A DNA stretch of 64,000 nucleotides from contig OZ024745.1 of the NCBI GenBank assembly GCA_964016885.1, positions 106,516,001-106,580,000 on the forward strand, read 5' to 3'. Shown in pieces: positions 1-13,549 of this stretch. Each line of letters starts with the position of its first letter. Position 1 is the first letter of the stretch. The DNA comes from Eledone cirrhosa (taxonomy: Eukaryota). The notes under the pieces are model-generated. The model was not told the DNA's origin and ran no database searches. It was given only the letters and a program-made list of their open reading frames with translations. The translations under genes and the position numbers were made by a program.

Positions 1-560
1 TCTGTCGAGCTATGTGCCGAAAATAAGTCGGACTTAATGAATTAAAACTACGTGTTTATATAATGAGAGAGTTTACGTAGTATGTTGCGAATTTATTAAA
101 TATAATTACTTTTGTATTTATTTCTGTAATTATCATAATATTAATTGTAGTAATTAATTTAAATGTGTGGATAATTTAGTTAATCCCCACTAATCAAATA
201 ATTACTATGAAACTTTACTGTAGTTAAGGCAACTGTATATTATTAAATATAAATGACAAAATATTTTACTGGCCAATCCGAAAGACTGTACTTGTTTGGT
301 TTATCTCCTAGGAGTAACGGTCAGAACTTGTTTAAATACCCCCATATTAGTAGGGAATGATGTCCTATAAAACCTTTCAATGATATTCCTTCACAACTGG
401 GATGCCTTCGATCAAGTCTATCCGACGTTCTAACGACTCTGCTAATTCGCCGCATGTTTTATCAGTTACTAGCATTTAAAAAGGGGATTCGATGAAATGA
501 TCATACTGTTATGCTTGGCTGATTTTTATAGATGAAAACTGGACTTGTTTTGGTGCCAAA

Positions 561-692
561 TCTATACTATAAAGCTGACGGCTGCTGACTTGAGAGGACG
601 TACGGTATCTTTGCACTGGAGTGTAGGTGGGATTCCTGAAAAGATAAAATGCCGGTATACCTAGCCGAGCGCCAGCCGGATGGGCCAGCTAG
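561..692 (+). mobile_element. Non-autonomous mini-Helitron
   Basis: Starts A|TCTATACTATAAAG and ends with a GC-rich imperfect hairpin followed by CTAG|T; inserted between A and T with no TSD. Confidence 0.65.
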
Positions 693-1518
693 TTAATAAA
701 TACGTCGCCAGGTGGACACTTGATTCCTCGGTGCTTTTATGACATATTTTGTGTAGCAAACAGTCAAACCAGGTAACCTGCTTGACAATAAAAAGAAAAC
801 TTGATGTACTGCTTCGTACTGATGCAACGAGAGTTTTAGGTTCTTCCTCCCCTTCTTTCTAATACGCTAAGGATGTCATGTAAACAAAATCTATTTTTAA
901 AAATTGAAACATTAGCAGTATCAATTTTTAAACTATTGAAATATATGCGTGGTTTAAATTGTAATAATTTAAAAAAATAATTTGTAGCTGAAGTACAGGA
1001 CACATATTCTGCTACTGAATGGTAGAGTGGATTTAATAGATTGCTACTTATTTTATCGAACACGAAATGCAGGGATGATCACCATGGGATATGAAATGAA
1101 AACGTAAAGAAACCTACTTAATGACCCTATAATATTTTATCCGAAGATTTACTGATTCAACGAATCTAACATACTTCGTCCATTATACACTCGCTATTTG
1201 ATTATAAAAACTAGTTTTAAAATATGTTTTGCAGACAAATGTATTACTTCAGATAATTAATCTATTTTTTTCGCTTTCAATTCTGAATATATAAACTAAT
1301 TATATATGCATGGTGCAATTAATTGCATGTAAATATGTAATAAGGGTATTATTTAAACCTCATTGATTTGTTTTTACTTCTATAACTTGCAAGACTGAGT
1401 GGCGACTGGTTTAAACATGACTCAGAACATAGGAAGCAGTTTTAAAGTGGTGGCCATATGAATAAAACATATATATATATATATATGTATATATATGTGT
1501 GTGTATGCGTGTGAGTAT

Positions 1519-1561
<43 letters not shown>

Positions 1562-1818
1562 TGTGTATGTGTAATTGTGTTTGTGTGTGATATTTATGCT
1601 ATTACACGGTGTATATTAGAAGAGTTAAGATAAATTAAACGAAGATATAACTATCTCGTAAATAGAGGAAGGTGACCAGAAACTAAATTATTAATTCCTC
1701 TTAACGGGATATTTAATAAATAAGACAGCACAACAGCTCGACATATACTCAATGCTATGACTTTATGTTTATGTGAATTAAACGGATGTTTGAACTTTAC
1801 ATTGACTACATAAAAATA

Positions 1819-2004
1819 ATTGTTTCTACTTTTGGCACAAGGCCAGCAATTACCCAGTGTATTACTGGTACTTTATTTTATCGACCCCGTAAGGATGAAA
1901 GGCAAAGTTAACCTCGGCGGGATTTGAACTCAGAATGGCAAGGGCCGTAACTCTGTGCGTCAAAGCATGGCGTCCGACCCTCTACCGATACTGCCAATCC
2001 ACCA
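1819..2004 (-). mobile_element. tRNA-derived SINE (family A), full length
   Basis: Box A TGGCAGTATCGG, box B GAGTTCAAATCC, central CTTTGCCTTTCATCCTTACGGGGTCGATAAAATAAAGTACCAG; 15-bp TSD GACTACATAAAAATA at 1804-1818 and 2005-2019. Confidence 0.9.
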
Positions 2005-2209
2005 GACTACATAAAAATACTATTGAAAAATACCACACGTTAGCGAAGAGTCCGTTAAATATATGTATGTATGCATGTATGTATGTACGTATATGTATTT
2101 ATGTATGTATGTATCTATGTATATGTATGTATCTATGTATATGTATGTATGTGTCTATGTATGAATGTATGTATGTATGTATGTATGTATGTATGTATGT
2201 ATGTATGTA

Positions 2210-2618
2210 GGGAGAGATGACCCCTTAGCCTTTGTCAAGGCAGAATCCTAGGAGAAGGAAAACTCTGATATAACACCTGCAACCCTGATGGTATACAATG
2301 ATGTTGACTTGTTCTTCTTTTTGGTAAATATCATCTTGGTTAAGAGAGTGGGACTGGCTTTGTGCAGTGCCTTTGCTCACTATAAAAGCTTCACGGCACA
2401 GGCATTGCTTTATATCTGGAGATCTCTCTGCACTTGCCATCACATGGTACCATGGGCCCAGCACTATGTGTCAATAATTGTCACAAGTGTAGTGTTTGTA
2501 CCAGAGTTTTCAAGTCGCTGGCCGGACTAAAACGTCACAGCGTTCAGCGCATCGGTAGGGGTTCTCCTACATGGATATAAAGTATTGGCCGTACTCTAAA
2601 ACGAGTTGGCAGCTACCA
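2210..2618 (+). mobile_element. Repeat family B (probable RTE LINE 5' region) between (TATG)n arrays
   Basis: Similar to 2774-3087, 32868-33380 and 55445-55680 (CTAGGAGAAGG-AACTC, GAGAGTGGGA-TGGCT motifs); the 55445 copy continues into RTE coding sequence. Confidence 0.6.
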
Positions 2619-2649
2619 TGTATGTATGTATGTATGTATGTACATATTT

Positions 2650-3087
2650 ACACACTTTCGGATGGCCGTTGACTCTTATGAGTTCTTCAGCCCTTTGTCA
2701 GGTTTTGTTTCTGGTCCTGCAGGGTGTCCAAAATCACCCTCCTCACCAGCAAACTTGTAAATACACATGTACTGCGCGGTTAAACCACTGGGAGTGAAAG
2801 ACCCCTAGCCTTTCTCAGGACATTCTTCTAGGAGAAGGGAACTCAGGAAACTGGGATAACTCCGATATAAAACCTGCGGCTTAGTAGTTACCGATGATGT
2901 TGATCTTTTCTTCTTTTCGGGTTATAGCTACTGTTGCTCAGAGAGTGGGATTGGCTCAGTGCACAGTCTTTCTGCACTTTAAAAAATATCTTCACGCACA
3001 GGCATTGCATGATAGAATTGATTAATAATTATTAATAATGGTATATCGTGCAATGGACATACTAGATAACGAGGGGACAGCCATCAT
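2650..3087 (+). mobile_element. Repeat family X fragment (2650-2758) followed by family B copy (2774-3087)
   Basis: 2650-2758 is the reverse complement of ~55318-55420; 2774-3087 is nearly identical to 32868-33380 minus the SINE inserted there. Confidence 0.65.
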
Positions 3088-3099
3088 GTATGTACATAT

Positions 3100-3537
3100 G
3101 TTTTTCTCTTTCTCTTAATTTCGAGTACATTTTTGACAGGCCACCTTCCTAGTTGCAAGGTTGTAAAAGAATAGAAATTCTCATCCCTTGAATCGCAAGA
3201 ATGTTTTGCAAAAGTTGAAGGTGCGAGCTATCGCAGCCATTTGTAGTCTATGAATTGGTGAGCTGCGTTCTTTGTTCACAAATCCAAGTTCAGTTATAGT
3301 TTGGTCCAAGCGGGTTGGTATATAACCTGTAGCTCTAATAATGATGGGTATGAAGCTGAAGGTGTATCTTCGATACTGGATCTACAAACTCCTCATCAAT
3401 GGTCCGTAGATGTCCTCCTTCTCTTGTATTTTTCTTACAACATTGACATCAAGTGGGCAGTTGATCTCTACAACAAAGCACGTTTTTGATGTGTGGTTCC
3501 AAACAACAATATCGGGCTGGTTCTGCTTTAATTTCGT
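3100..3537 (-). mobile_element. 3' fragment of an RLE-type non-LTR retrotransposon (R4/Dong-like)
   Basis: Manual translation 3537->3181: TKLKQNQPDIVVWNHTSKTCFVVEINCPLDVNVVRKIQEKEDIYGPLMRSL*...FIPIIIRATG..., matching the PD..E..P..K..Y..IPIIIGA-G restriction-like endonuclease pattern; one stop; flanked by TATG repeats. Confidence 0.8.
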
Positions 3538-3782
3538 GATGTATGTATGTATGTATATCTGAAAGGCTAGTACTAAACTGGAAACCTCTGATAAATAAAG
3601 GTGGGTTTAGATGTCGAGTATAAATGTTATTTAAAATTTTAAATGATTTAATAGGTGGATCTTCTGAAAGGTTTAACAGCCTGAAACGAATGCTATTTTG
3701 TCACGAATCATTTAAATTCTATGTTAATATCTCTCACTTTCTTTTTTTCTCGCTTTTTGTCCAATACTCTCTCTCACTCTCT

Positions 3783-3828
<46 letters not shown>

Positions 3829-3833
<5 letters not shown>

Positions 3834-4157
3834 TGTAATAAACAACATAAGGCAATTATTACATTTACCAGTGGTTTCTTAAAAGCAAAAAAAAATGTTG
3901 CTTTCAATCATCAGAATGAAAAGATCCTGGCGTATTTATTGACGTTGGATTTTTGACGTTGGATTTTTAAAATCCAACGTCAATAAATACGCCAGGATTT
4001 TTTCATTCTGATGATAGAAAGCAAAATGTTTTTGCTTTTAAGAAACCACTGGTAAATGAAATAATTGCTTTATGTTGTTTATTACATAACTATTAAGCTC
4101 TGTTACCTACATAGAGCACTCTTTTTTCCTGGACTTTTCCGACGGAATTACTTCATT

Positions 4158-4158
<1 letters not shown>
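3829..4158. mobile_element. Palindromic PLE-type insert in (TA)n
   Basis: Inverted arms ~3829-3968 and 3969-4092 plus an unpaired ~65-bp tail; (TA)n on both sides; HHR-like cores at 3875-3921(-) and 4001-4045(+). Confidence 0.7.
4001..4045 (+). ncRNA. Hammerhead-like motif lacking stem II
   Basis: TTTCATT-CTGATGA-TA-GAAA-GCAAAA-TGT-TTTTGC-TT-TTAAGAAA; stem I is weak. Confidence 0.45.
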
Positions 4159-4237
<79 letters not shown>

Positions 4238-4246
4238 GATATATAT

Positions 4247-5072
4247 AGTGTGTCTATAATATAATTGGTACTATTCGAGATACCAGAACTATAAAAATTA
4301 AGAAGAGCAGAACAAACAAACATTAACTAATTCTTTAAAAAAAATTGAAAAATTATTTAAATATTTACCCGTTCAAAATGCTATTACCGGCGGTTTCGTT
4401 TTACAAAAGGTTAGAGATTCGGAGAATTTCTAACGGAAAAGTAAAGTTCATCAGATAGCTATTTCCATAGAGTTGGAACTAGTCCCACAGCCTGCAAATA
4501 TATTGCCAACTACCAGCTAGTATGAGTAAGGCCGTTAAAATGACCCACACCTGAATTGGCCACTAGAAAGAGCGGGAATATTACAGACGCGTTGATGGCT
4601 ATTCTGCTAAAAAAATAGCAGCAAGCACTAACGAATTTTTTTCTCGACATAGACAGGAAAATATATAAAATGAGGTAAATATCTCTTTGAGTACTAAGTA
4701 CCCATAGAGTTATATAGTGTGTCTATAATATAATTGGTGTTCAATGGTACTAATTAGAGATACCAGAACTATAAAAATTAAGAAGAGCAGAACAAACAAA
4801 CATTAAACAATTCTTCAATAAACAAATTTTTTTTAATGATTTAAATATTTACCCGTTCATAACGCCGGTAATAGCATTATGAACGGGTACATATTTAAAT
4901 CATTTAAAAAATTCTTTTTTTTAAAGAATTGTTTAATGTTTGTTTGTTCTGCTCTTCTTAATTTTTATAGTTCTGGTACCTCGAATTAGTACCATTGAAC
5001 AACAATTATATTATAGACACACTATATATCTCTATGGGTACTTAGTACTCAGAGAGATATTTACCTCATTTT
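4247..5072. mobile_element. Tandem plus inverted PLE-type pseudo-LTR insert in (TA)n
   Basis: 4247-4380 recurs directly at ~4716-4860; ~4665-4863 is inverted at 4864-5072; contains an HHR at 4380-4459. Confidence 0.75.
4380..4459 (-). ncRNA. Type I hammerhead ribozyme with extended stem II
   Basis: GCTAT-CTGATGA-ACTTTAC..GTTAGAAATTC-TCC-GAATCTCTAAC..GTAAAAC-GAAA-CCGCCGG-TA-ATAGC; stem I GCTAT/ATAGC; GUA cleavage triplet. Confidence 0.75.
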
Positions 5073-5092
5073 ATATATATATATATATATAT

Positions 5093-5253
5093 AGTGACGA
5101 AACATAAGTCAATTGCATGAACTCATAATCCTTTATTTACTGCTATATATATTTCGATGATAGCCATTGAATGGCTATGACCTCATCAGGCAGTTAGTCA
5201 GTTCTTAGATATGCCAGCTCTGTGTTTATAGTGTTGATGGTATCAGAGCCTTG

Positions 5254-5258
<5 letters not shown>
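5093..5258 (-). mobile_element. Solo PLE-type pseudo-LTR fragment in (TA)n
   Basis: ~165 bp of unique sequence between TA arrays containing a complete HHR. Confidence 0.65.
5139..5194 (-). ncRNA. Type I hammerhead ribozyme
   Basis: ACTGC-CTGATGA-GGTC-ATAGCCA-TTCAA-TGGCTAT-CATC-GAAA-TATATA-TA-GCAGT; perfect stem I and palindromic stem III. Confidence 0.85.
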
Positions 5259-5297
<39 letters not shown>

Positions 5298-6037
5298 TCT
5301 GCAAGAACGTTACATATATCATACATAAATGAATCTCAATTGGATTTGACTATACGTATTCATTTGTTTGATCAATTGAAATATCTGCTCACTAAATAGC
5401 ACACGTCCTACAGACACGTCTGAACGTAATCTTCGGGCAGAAACAGGGTGATGCATCGTCTTAAGGATCAGGACCTTTGAAATAAGGCCGCCATCTGTTT
5501 CTGCACTGTTTCCGTCTACTCAATCTTACTCACTAGGCCCGGGTTAACCCAACGTTCGAGTAAAATACACTTGATTAGAATACCAAAGGAAACGTCATTT
5601 TTGTTTAATCAGCCATCCTGTATTCGTTACCACACATAGTATGGACTGTATTGTACATTCTGGATAAAAAGTAAATATACTTCAATTACGCCTAAGCAGC
5701 GATTTATAATTAAAATATGTATATATAACGACTTATAATTGAACGTTAAAAGTAGAAGCAATATGCCTACAGAAATGTTTAAGACGTGGAGAAGAGTGTG
5801 AAGGGTGTAATGGTGAAAAGCAGCATGACAGGAAGTTGCAACATGTAATAAGGCCATGCGGAACATATGTAACTAGGTCGAAGATAAGGCGTTTATCCAT
5901 ATGTTAATGGGTCTCATTAGAACCAAAGTGTTGAATAATACATCTGATTAAAAACGGATCAGTGGAATTTAAGTTTTAATTGAATGGACGTATTTGAAGA
6001 CAGTCATGATGTTATTTAGATTGTCCATTAATTATTA

Positions 6038-6250
6038 GATTGGCAATATCGGTAGAGGGTCGGACGCCATGCTTTGCGGCATAGAGTTACTGCTCTTTAT
6101 GATCTGAGCTCAAATCCCGCCGAGCTTAACTTTGCCTTTCATCCTTATGGGGTCGATAAAATAAAGTACCAGTCACGCAGTGGGGTTGATTTAATCCCCC
6201 CCCCCCCCCAAAAAAAAAAATTACTGGCCTTGTGCCTATATAAGAAACCA
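6038..6250 (+). mobile_element. SINE family A (variant with longer 3' part)
   Basis: Box A/B and central domain present; 15-bp TSD CCATTAATTATTAGA at 6025-6039 and 6248-6262. Confidence 0.85.
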
Positions 6251-6844
6251 TTAATTATTAGAGAAACCTTTCTCAAAAAACGGTGTCCTACTTCGCATAA
6301 GTGGAGTGCATCTAGGAGCTTGCAGGTTATACAGGTTATATGGTTATATGCGGTGCACTGAAATTGGTGGATCATGTTGTCACCAGAATTGGTATCTACT
6401 TCAATTGTTTGGTGAGGGATGAAAAGATAAACGAGGCAATGAAGTCGAGAAAACTTGGAAGTACCGGGTTGGATGGATCTTGGCCTGGTGGAAATACTGA
6501 CTAGGTGTTTGCGTACATGTTAACCTCCTTTGAAGCATAGAAGAGGAAGTTCGGGAAAGATGGGAGGTCGGGTAGCAGAAAACGGAAGTTGCGGAGATTA
6601 ACAAGGAAAAAACTCCGGATTGCGAGAATCCGCATTGTGTGAATGCGGCAGAATTTAATCAAGCTCAATTGTGCATTTGCTTCGAATTTTCAGCGATGTT
6701 GAGTTCTCCGCCGAAGAGGTAGCGAAGATGGCGAAATTGAAAATGGGATGAAACATTTTTTTAAAATGGGATATTTCGACTGGAGCAATATTCATCCTAG
6801 GTCTAATTGAGCAGGATTAAACTGTAACAAAATACAATATTGTC

Positions 6845-6946
6845 GGAGGAGGAGGAGGAGGAGGAGGAGGAGGAGGAGGAGGAGAAGAAGAAGAAGAAGA
6901 AGAAGAAGAAGAAGAAGAAGAAGAAGAAGAAGAAGAAGAAGAAGAA
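6845..6946. repeat. (GGA)n(GAA)n microsatellite
   Basis: Direct reading. Confidence 0.95.
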
Positions 6947-8016
6947 GGCGGAAAAAGTGTAACAATAAAAATGATGATTTCAGCCACTATAGTCCTATGA
7001 AGTTGATACGTTTGATGCTTAGGTTGATTTACGGCAGAGTGACGTATGTTAAAGACAACCTGAACAAAGGGAAAGTCCCAGATATCTGAAGTTCCAAGGA
7101 GAATGTTTTCATCGAGTTGTTTGAGGCAGAGATTGTGGAAAGTTATGATGCAGTCGGTATGTTCGGATTAGGAAATTTGAGTGAATCACATGAAAATGGG
7201 TGGAAAGGAGCGAGAAGCGTTGGTGACAGAAGTGTGTGTGTGAGGGGGGGGGGCGGGGGTGCAGCCTACAAGTTTGCGAGGGGATTTTTTTGTGTTAGTG
7301 AATATTTGCCAATCAATTAAACGGTATTTATTTATTTTTCATTGTAGTTTGTGATGTTGCTCCTCCGTCTGAAGCATAAGTACACTAGAGAATAAACAGC
7401 TGTTCATAACTAACAAACTTTCAGACTCTGAATGTTTAGCATTTAAGAAGACTGTTTATTTATGTTATAAGTATGACAGAGGTTTACGACGATTGTGAGA
7501 TCAAATATTATTCGTTGGTAACTGAAATTTGAGCTGTGTCAGAAACAAGAGAATGTGGATCAGAGAAAGCCTTCTCAAGACATGCGTTGACGTAGGACAA
7601 ATCAACAACACCAGGAAGAGCAGAACATTTAATTGTTTTTGTGTTTTCTTAAGTCAACAATATCCAACATACCTATGATCAATGCCATTCCACCTTTGAC
7701 CATACAAGGTTTTCAATACTGTGCGGGAAACCTACAATCCTCTTATCCATGATGTTTCTGTTTAAGACGATAAGGTATGTTTTGAAGAACGAACAACTAC
7801 TATTTTTAGCGAGCAAGTCGAGTAACCAGGCAAAATGTAAATTAATATCTCATAGTTAAATTTCATGCGGTAATACGTCGTTGCTTTTGTTGTGCACGAT
7901 CAACGTAATGAATTTAATTCAAGATGGACAATACTACAGATAGACAGAAAATTAGACTGAAGAATTAAGTGAAAATATTGGCCAACTTAAAAGAAAACAT
8001 TCAAAGGGAATGTATA

Positions 8017-8220
<204 letters not shown>

Positions 8221-8239
8221 GAAAATGAACAGAAAAGGA

Positions 8240-8288
<49 letters not shown>

Positions 8289-10248
8289 ATATAAAGGGAT
8301 AGGGAGAGAGATAGGTGGAGGGAAAGAGTCAAATAGAGAAGGGAAGAGAGAGACTGTTAGGGTTAGACGCGCTACTGTTGCCCTTTTCAACTTTATTCTG
8401 GTGCAAAGGAGTAAATAAGGGAAAAACTGAGTTTCGTTTTCAAAATAAAATTTAAAAGCTGGTAAAGAAGTAGGGAAGGGGCTTTAAATGAGGCTGTTAG
8501 GTGGGAGAGTGGATCTAACAAGAAATGATAGCAAACTATAGGAATTTGTGTTATTTTAGTGTATATCTACACGTTTCTACATCTGTGTAATGCTTGATTA
8601 CACATTTGGCGCCTGTTAGTTCTTCTGTCCCTCTACCCCTCTCCATCTCCTGGCCATCTTCAGCTGCGACCAAGCACTTACGGAACCAGATGGGAATATG
8701 AACAGGGGTGAGAATGAAGAAAGGCGGGACTCAGTGGGAGTGTCAGATAGAGAAATGGAGAGGCAGAAAGAAAGTGAAAGAGGGATGTACAGAAAGAATG
8801 AGTGAGTGAGAGAAAGAGAATCTCGATAAGAGAAACGAGAGGTGTGTTTAAACTTAGATAAGAAACATCTTGTAAGAGACACTGTTTATTAGGTGCGGGT
8901 GTTAAAGTGTGCATAGTTCCGTTCTTCTTCTCAGCCTCCTCTTTCTCCTTCTAATTTCATGAAATACTAGGTATTTGGAGATGGAGCATTATTATGATAT
9001 GTTTGGACACTGAAGCTGACATTGTAAGTTTCCTCCATCATATCCAACAAAGAAGGATGTAGGTATGTCCATGTGGTTAAGAGGTTCTTTTTTGTAATCA
9101 TGTGGATCTGGGTTTCATCCTCCATCGTGGTAATTTTTGGAAAATGTATTTTGCCATAGCCTCGGGTTGTCCCTCGGCTTCTGAGTGAAACTCGGTAGAT
9201 GGAAACTGTGTTGAGAGTTGTTTGATGAACTAAACAGGCTCTTGACAAAATGATATGTTATTTGATATTATCAACAAACCTTTCGATTCATTTAGAACAG
9301 TCCATTATGTTGCAAGAAATTCGGATTTGTTCTCCGGCTATTTTCCCTGTCTCCAGTATCAATCGGGGAGTCCATGAAACAAACTATCCTACGTAGTGCA
9401 CACACTGCTACTTAAGCCAAATAAGAACCACTATTCCGAGCCAACAAGAGAATCTTTATTGCGAGCGAGAGCCACTATACATTCGCTCGATTAGATGTAA
9501 ATAGCAGTTCAACCACCCTCTAATTACTTACTGCTCTCTTAAAATATATGGATCTATTGAATAATTATGGCCGGAAAAAACCCCCAAAAAACATGAAGTA
9601 AACATGGATAGAACTCTTTATGTCATATGTATTTTCGAAGTGGTGTTACATGGAGCTAAACAACAACAACGACACTGACGACTAAATCGTTTCATTTCGT
9701 TTTCTGATAGTGCTTTCATATTGTATATTCATTGGTGCTGCTTTTCAGGTGATACCAGTAGCGGATCAGATTTGTTTTTAAGAAGAGCGAAATGACTTTT
9801 CTTGCAACACGCTCAGCTCTTAACCACTTCTGGAGAAAGACACGTTGTGTATGGTCCTCCACAACCCTTCCCACAGTGCAACACAGCAGAGAGAGGGGGG
9901 GGGGGTGTACACACAAAACGACATACAATCAGACAGAGTAGATGAAAAGCAAAAGTTAGTCATGAATTAACCCCATTCTTTGACTAGTTCTTCATTTATC
10001 GACTCCGGAAAGAGGAAATGTACAATTGACCTTGCCTTTTACACAGTCCAAATATTTTGTAGTCAAAGAAATTCTTTATGGAGAATACATAGGTTCTTTT
10101 TTTTTTATTATTTGTAATTTAATTTTTAGGTGTATACCACTTTTAATACTTGTCTTTACAAAGTTTCACTCTAGTCTATTAATAGTAGATACGATATTCA
10201 ACGTGGAAGAACGAGGCGTTAATCAATGTGAACGAGTATTATCTAAAG

Positions 10249-10642
10249 CATTGGTTCCCAGACTGTGTGCTACGGGCGTAATGGTGCAGCGAGAGATGTA
10301 ACTTGTTGCGCCAAGAAAGATCAAGATCTTTTTTCCAAAATATAAAATAAAAAATAAAAATAAAAATTGAAATTCCTAATAATTTAACTAAACAGTGAAT
10401 GAAACTATTCCCAAAGAAAAACAAAAAAATAATAATAACCAAGCGCATGTATCTCATTGATAACTTTACTCCATTTGATGAAAGAATAAAGTGCGAAACC
10501 GTTTTCTGCTTTTCAACTTTATGATATGCTAATATACATAAATATCTATTTTCAATACAGTTTTGAATTTAGGAACAAAGTGAGCCACAATGTTTTTTGT
10601 TGTTCTAAAGTGTGCCGGATGTAAATCATGTTTCGATAAATG
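10249..10642. mobile_element. Possible old hAT-type MITE
   Basis: Left end CATTGGTTCCCAGAC resembles the TIRs of the 16833 and 31031 elements; right end degenerate; no clear TSD. Confidence 0.3.
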
Positions 10643-13549
10643 AATCGAACTAGTTAATTACACACATTGATATCATCACTCTTACTGCTTCGTTTGATGA
10701 GTCCCGCACACCATCGAAATTAACATATTTCCTGGTATTTATAATATGCTATCTTTTCCCTTTTTACTGATCTTAGATATTTTTTATTGTAGTACCAAGC
10801 TGGCCGACGGATTTGGTACTACGCAAGAATTGATAGCCCACACGACAGACTTCGACATAGAATCTATCTATCCAATTTCACTCACAAGGCTTGAATTATC
10901 TGAAGGTTTGGTAGAAGCTACTGACTAGGTGTACTGTGTGGTTAGATGTCAACCCAGAATTACGTAATTGTGAAGTGAACTTCTTAACCATCTGGCTAAG
11001 CCTCTGTCCTGTAACAGCCGGTTTAAATATTTTAAGCAAGCAAATTTCTAGTGTTCTACTCTCCTAGTTTCTCTGCAGTTCCCTTATTTTTAGTTCGTCA
11101 ATTGTTCTAAATATTAATTATACACATATAAATAAATTAATCATTCGATAAAAATTATGAAACTGTGGAGCTGAAAAAATATACTTTTATTGTGTGGAAT
11201 AAGTAATGCTACATCTTTCTACAATGTGGATTTTCTTAAAGTAACATAGTGTACGACTAATAAAGAAAAAAATATATATAGATAAATGAATAACAGTAAA
11301 TATAAAAATGTAGCATCTTTATCAACAACAATAGGAGTAAAATAGCATTGGAAGTAAAAAATGACTTGTCAATGTTATTCTTTATCAGCGGGAATAGATA
11401 TAACTCACTTCAGAGAATGATTTATGTCGACAGAGAGAACTTCTTAAGAATTCGGATACATAAAAATAACATTTTTACAGGATGCCATTATGTGAAGTGC
11501 GTTTGAGCTACAATTGTATTTTATGACTCAGTCAGCATTTTAGGAATTCCAAATGAAAGTAAACTAATAGAAATTTTTATTCCGTCCTCTACGACAGTGA
11601 AGAATTTCGCACTATTAAGATACTAAGCAAACAGAAAAATGCTAACATAGTAAAGGATAAAGAGAGAGAGAAAGACTTTAGTCCATAACTTCGGCAGTTC
11701 AACCTCCTGACGAAAGATTTTAAAAATGCTCATGTGATAAGACATAGGCGGTGATAGATGTTTGGTAACACCTCTTTCTTATATATAAATATTATTTTAA
11801 TGCAACTGGTGATATGAGTTATTATATATCAACGACAATCTACGTGTATGTAATATACTTTTTATGTTGTTTGATACTGTCTTTCATGAAATTCCTTTTA
11901 ATTCTAGAAATTCGGAGTGTTGATAAAATATGAAATAATACAAATAGTAATGTTGTTTTTGTTTTAACTAATGAATTATAACGCGGGATTGTTTTACCAG
12001 TTTTGTTGTTGTTTAATCCCAGACAGGACTTGATTGACTATATTCATGAACGACAATATTCAGACGTAACCCTCTGTATATGATTGTATGATACATGTCC
12101 TTCCTTTTATAGAGCTGCTAGTATGCAATTTTCGGGAATTTATCTGATATTACTAGCTGGTCAAATGAATACACCGAGTTTTCTCTTTTACTACTTTGTG
12201 TTTGGCATTATTCAATTCCGGGTGAAAACAGATTGAGCAGAACATTCATTACCATCCAAACATTTATAATGCAGTGTACCTTCAAACACATTATCCAAGG
12301 TTTCGTTTTTTTAAGACAGTATGGGGTTTGATTTATTTATTGAGGATGTTGTATGATATTTCTAGCAGATGTAGCCATCATTTAAAGGTTCCCCATTGTT
12401 TTATATCTATTGATTCTTCTGTTTTAACTCCAGTTAGCTTTGAGCAAACCTATGGTCAAAAGCACTCTAGCCAATACCCTTTTGTCATTTTTCTCAGACA
12501 TGTGTCGAGGGCTACAATCAACATCATCAACAACTGCAGTTATTGCAGTAATATCACTACCATTCCTGCTAATACATCTACCACCACAAACAGTAACAAC
12601 AATGATAACTGTATAAGCACCACAACCACCATCCCCAACAACAACAACCCACCAGATGTGTGAAAAGTTCCTTCAAATAAATGCGTACAATTACTTGACA
12701 TTTTATTGTGCTCTCATATCAAAATACAAACGTTCACCTGTTCATAAAATCATATCAGTAGCTGTAAGTGACATACAGCAAACGTGTTCTTTTTACAAAG
12801 AATTCGAACACGAATTTAATGAAATAGAGTCCGACATACCAAGTGAGTCGTTGAAGTTTAATATCTTCTCCATATAAACCTGCCGACCAGAGATATCAAA
12901 ACCTTTAATATTGGTGACAAATTGTTTTTTTTTAAGGAAAAGAAAATGACACATGATTATTAGGAACACGAAATTACTGAAATTAATAAATAAACAATTA
13001 AATAAATAACGTATCAAACATCACTTGTTACATATATAAAAGCCCACAGATTTTTCAAATCTCAAATCTATACTTCACAGTTAAATATTTGTAGAAAGTG
13101 GTTGTTTTGCCTTAATTGAACATCGTCCTAAAGAATTATTGCTGACACACTGTTTGGAAACAACAACATTAAACATTCTCAATTACTTCTCTTAATTTGT
13201 TGATACCTTGTGTCGCCAAAATAGAACAGTCAGAAAATTATACAATACGAAGAATTTATTTGTTGTAATTACCTCTAGAATAAAAAAAATTAGAATTATG
13301 CATTAAAATGTCTGCTAAAAGTTAAATCCACCTTTTTAAATCTGTAGTTATGCGATTGAAATATCAAAATTGTGTTCATATGACGAATACATTTTTTCTG
13401 GAAGGTCATTCATTTTTCTTTATTGATTTTATGACAAAATAAATAATGTACAAATATGAGTTAAGGACTAACCAATCTGTTAGTGCGACGTTACAAGAGT
13501 GTGATATGTGATGAAACCAGCTTAGTTAAAGCTATGTAAACTTTTGAGG

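Noticed and set aside
3655-3712. HHR-like CTGAAAGGTTTAACAGCCTGAAACGAA..TTTGTC
   Set aside because: The core lacks the GA of CTGAAGA and stem I pairs poorly; possibly a decayed copy but not supportable
6540-6790. Minus-strand peptides KYPILKK and LPHSHNADSR reminiscent of a hAT transposase C-terminus
   Set aside because: Too short and frame-broken to call without a profile search
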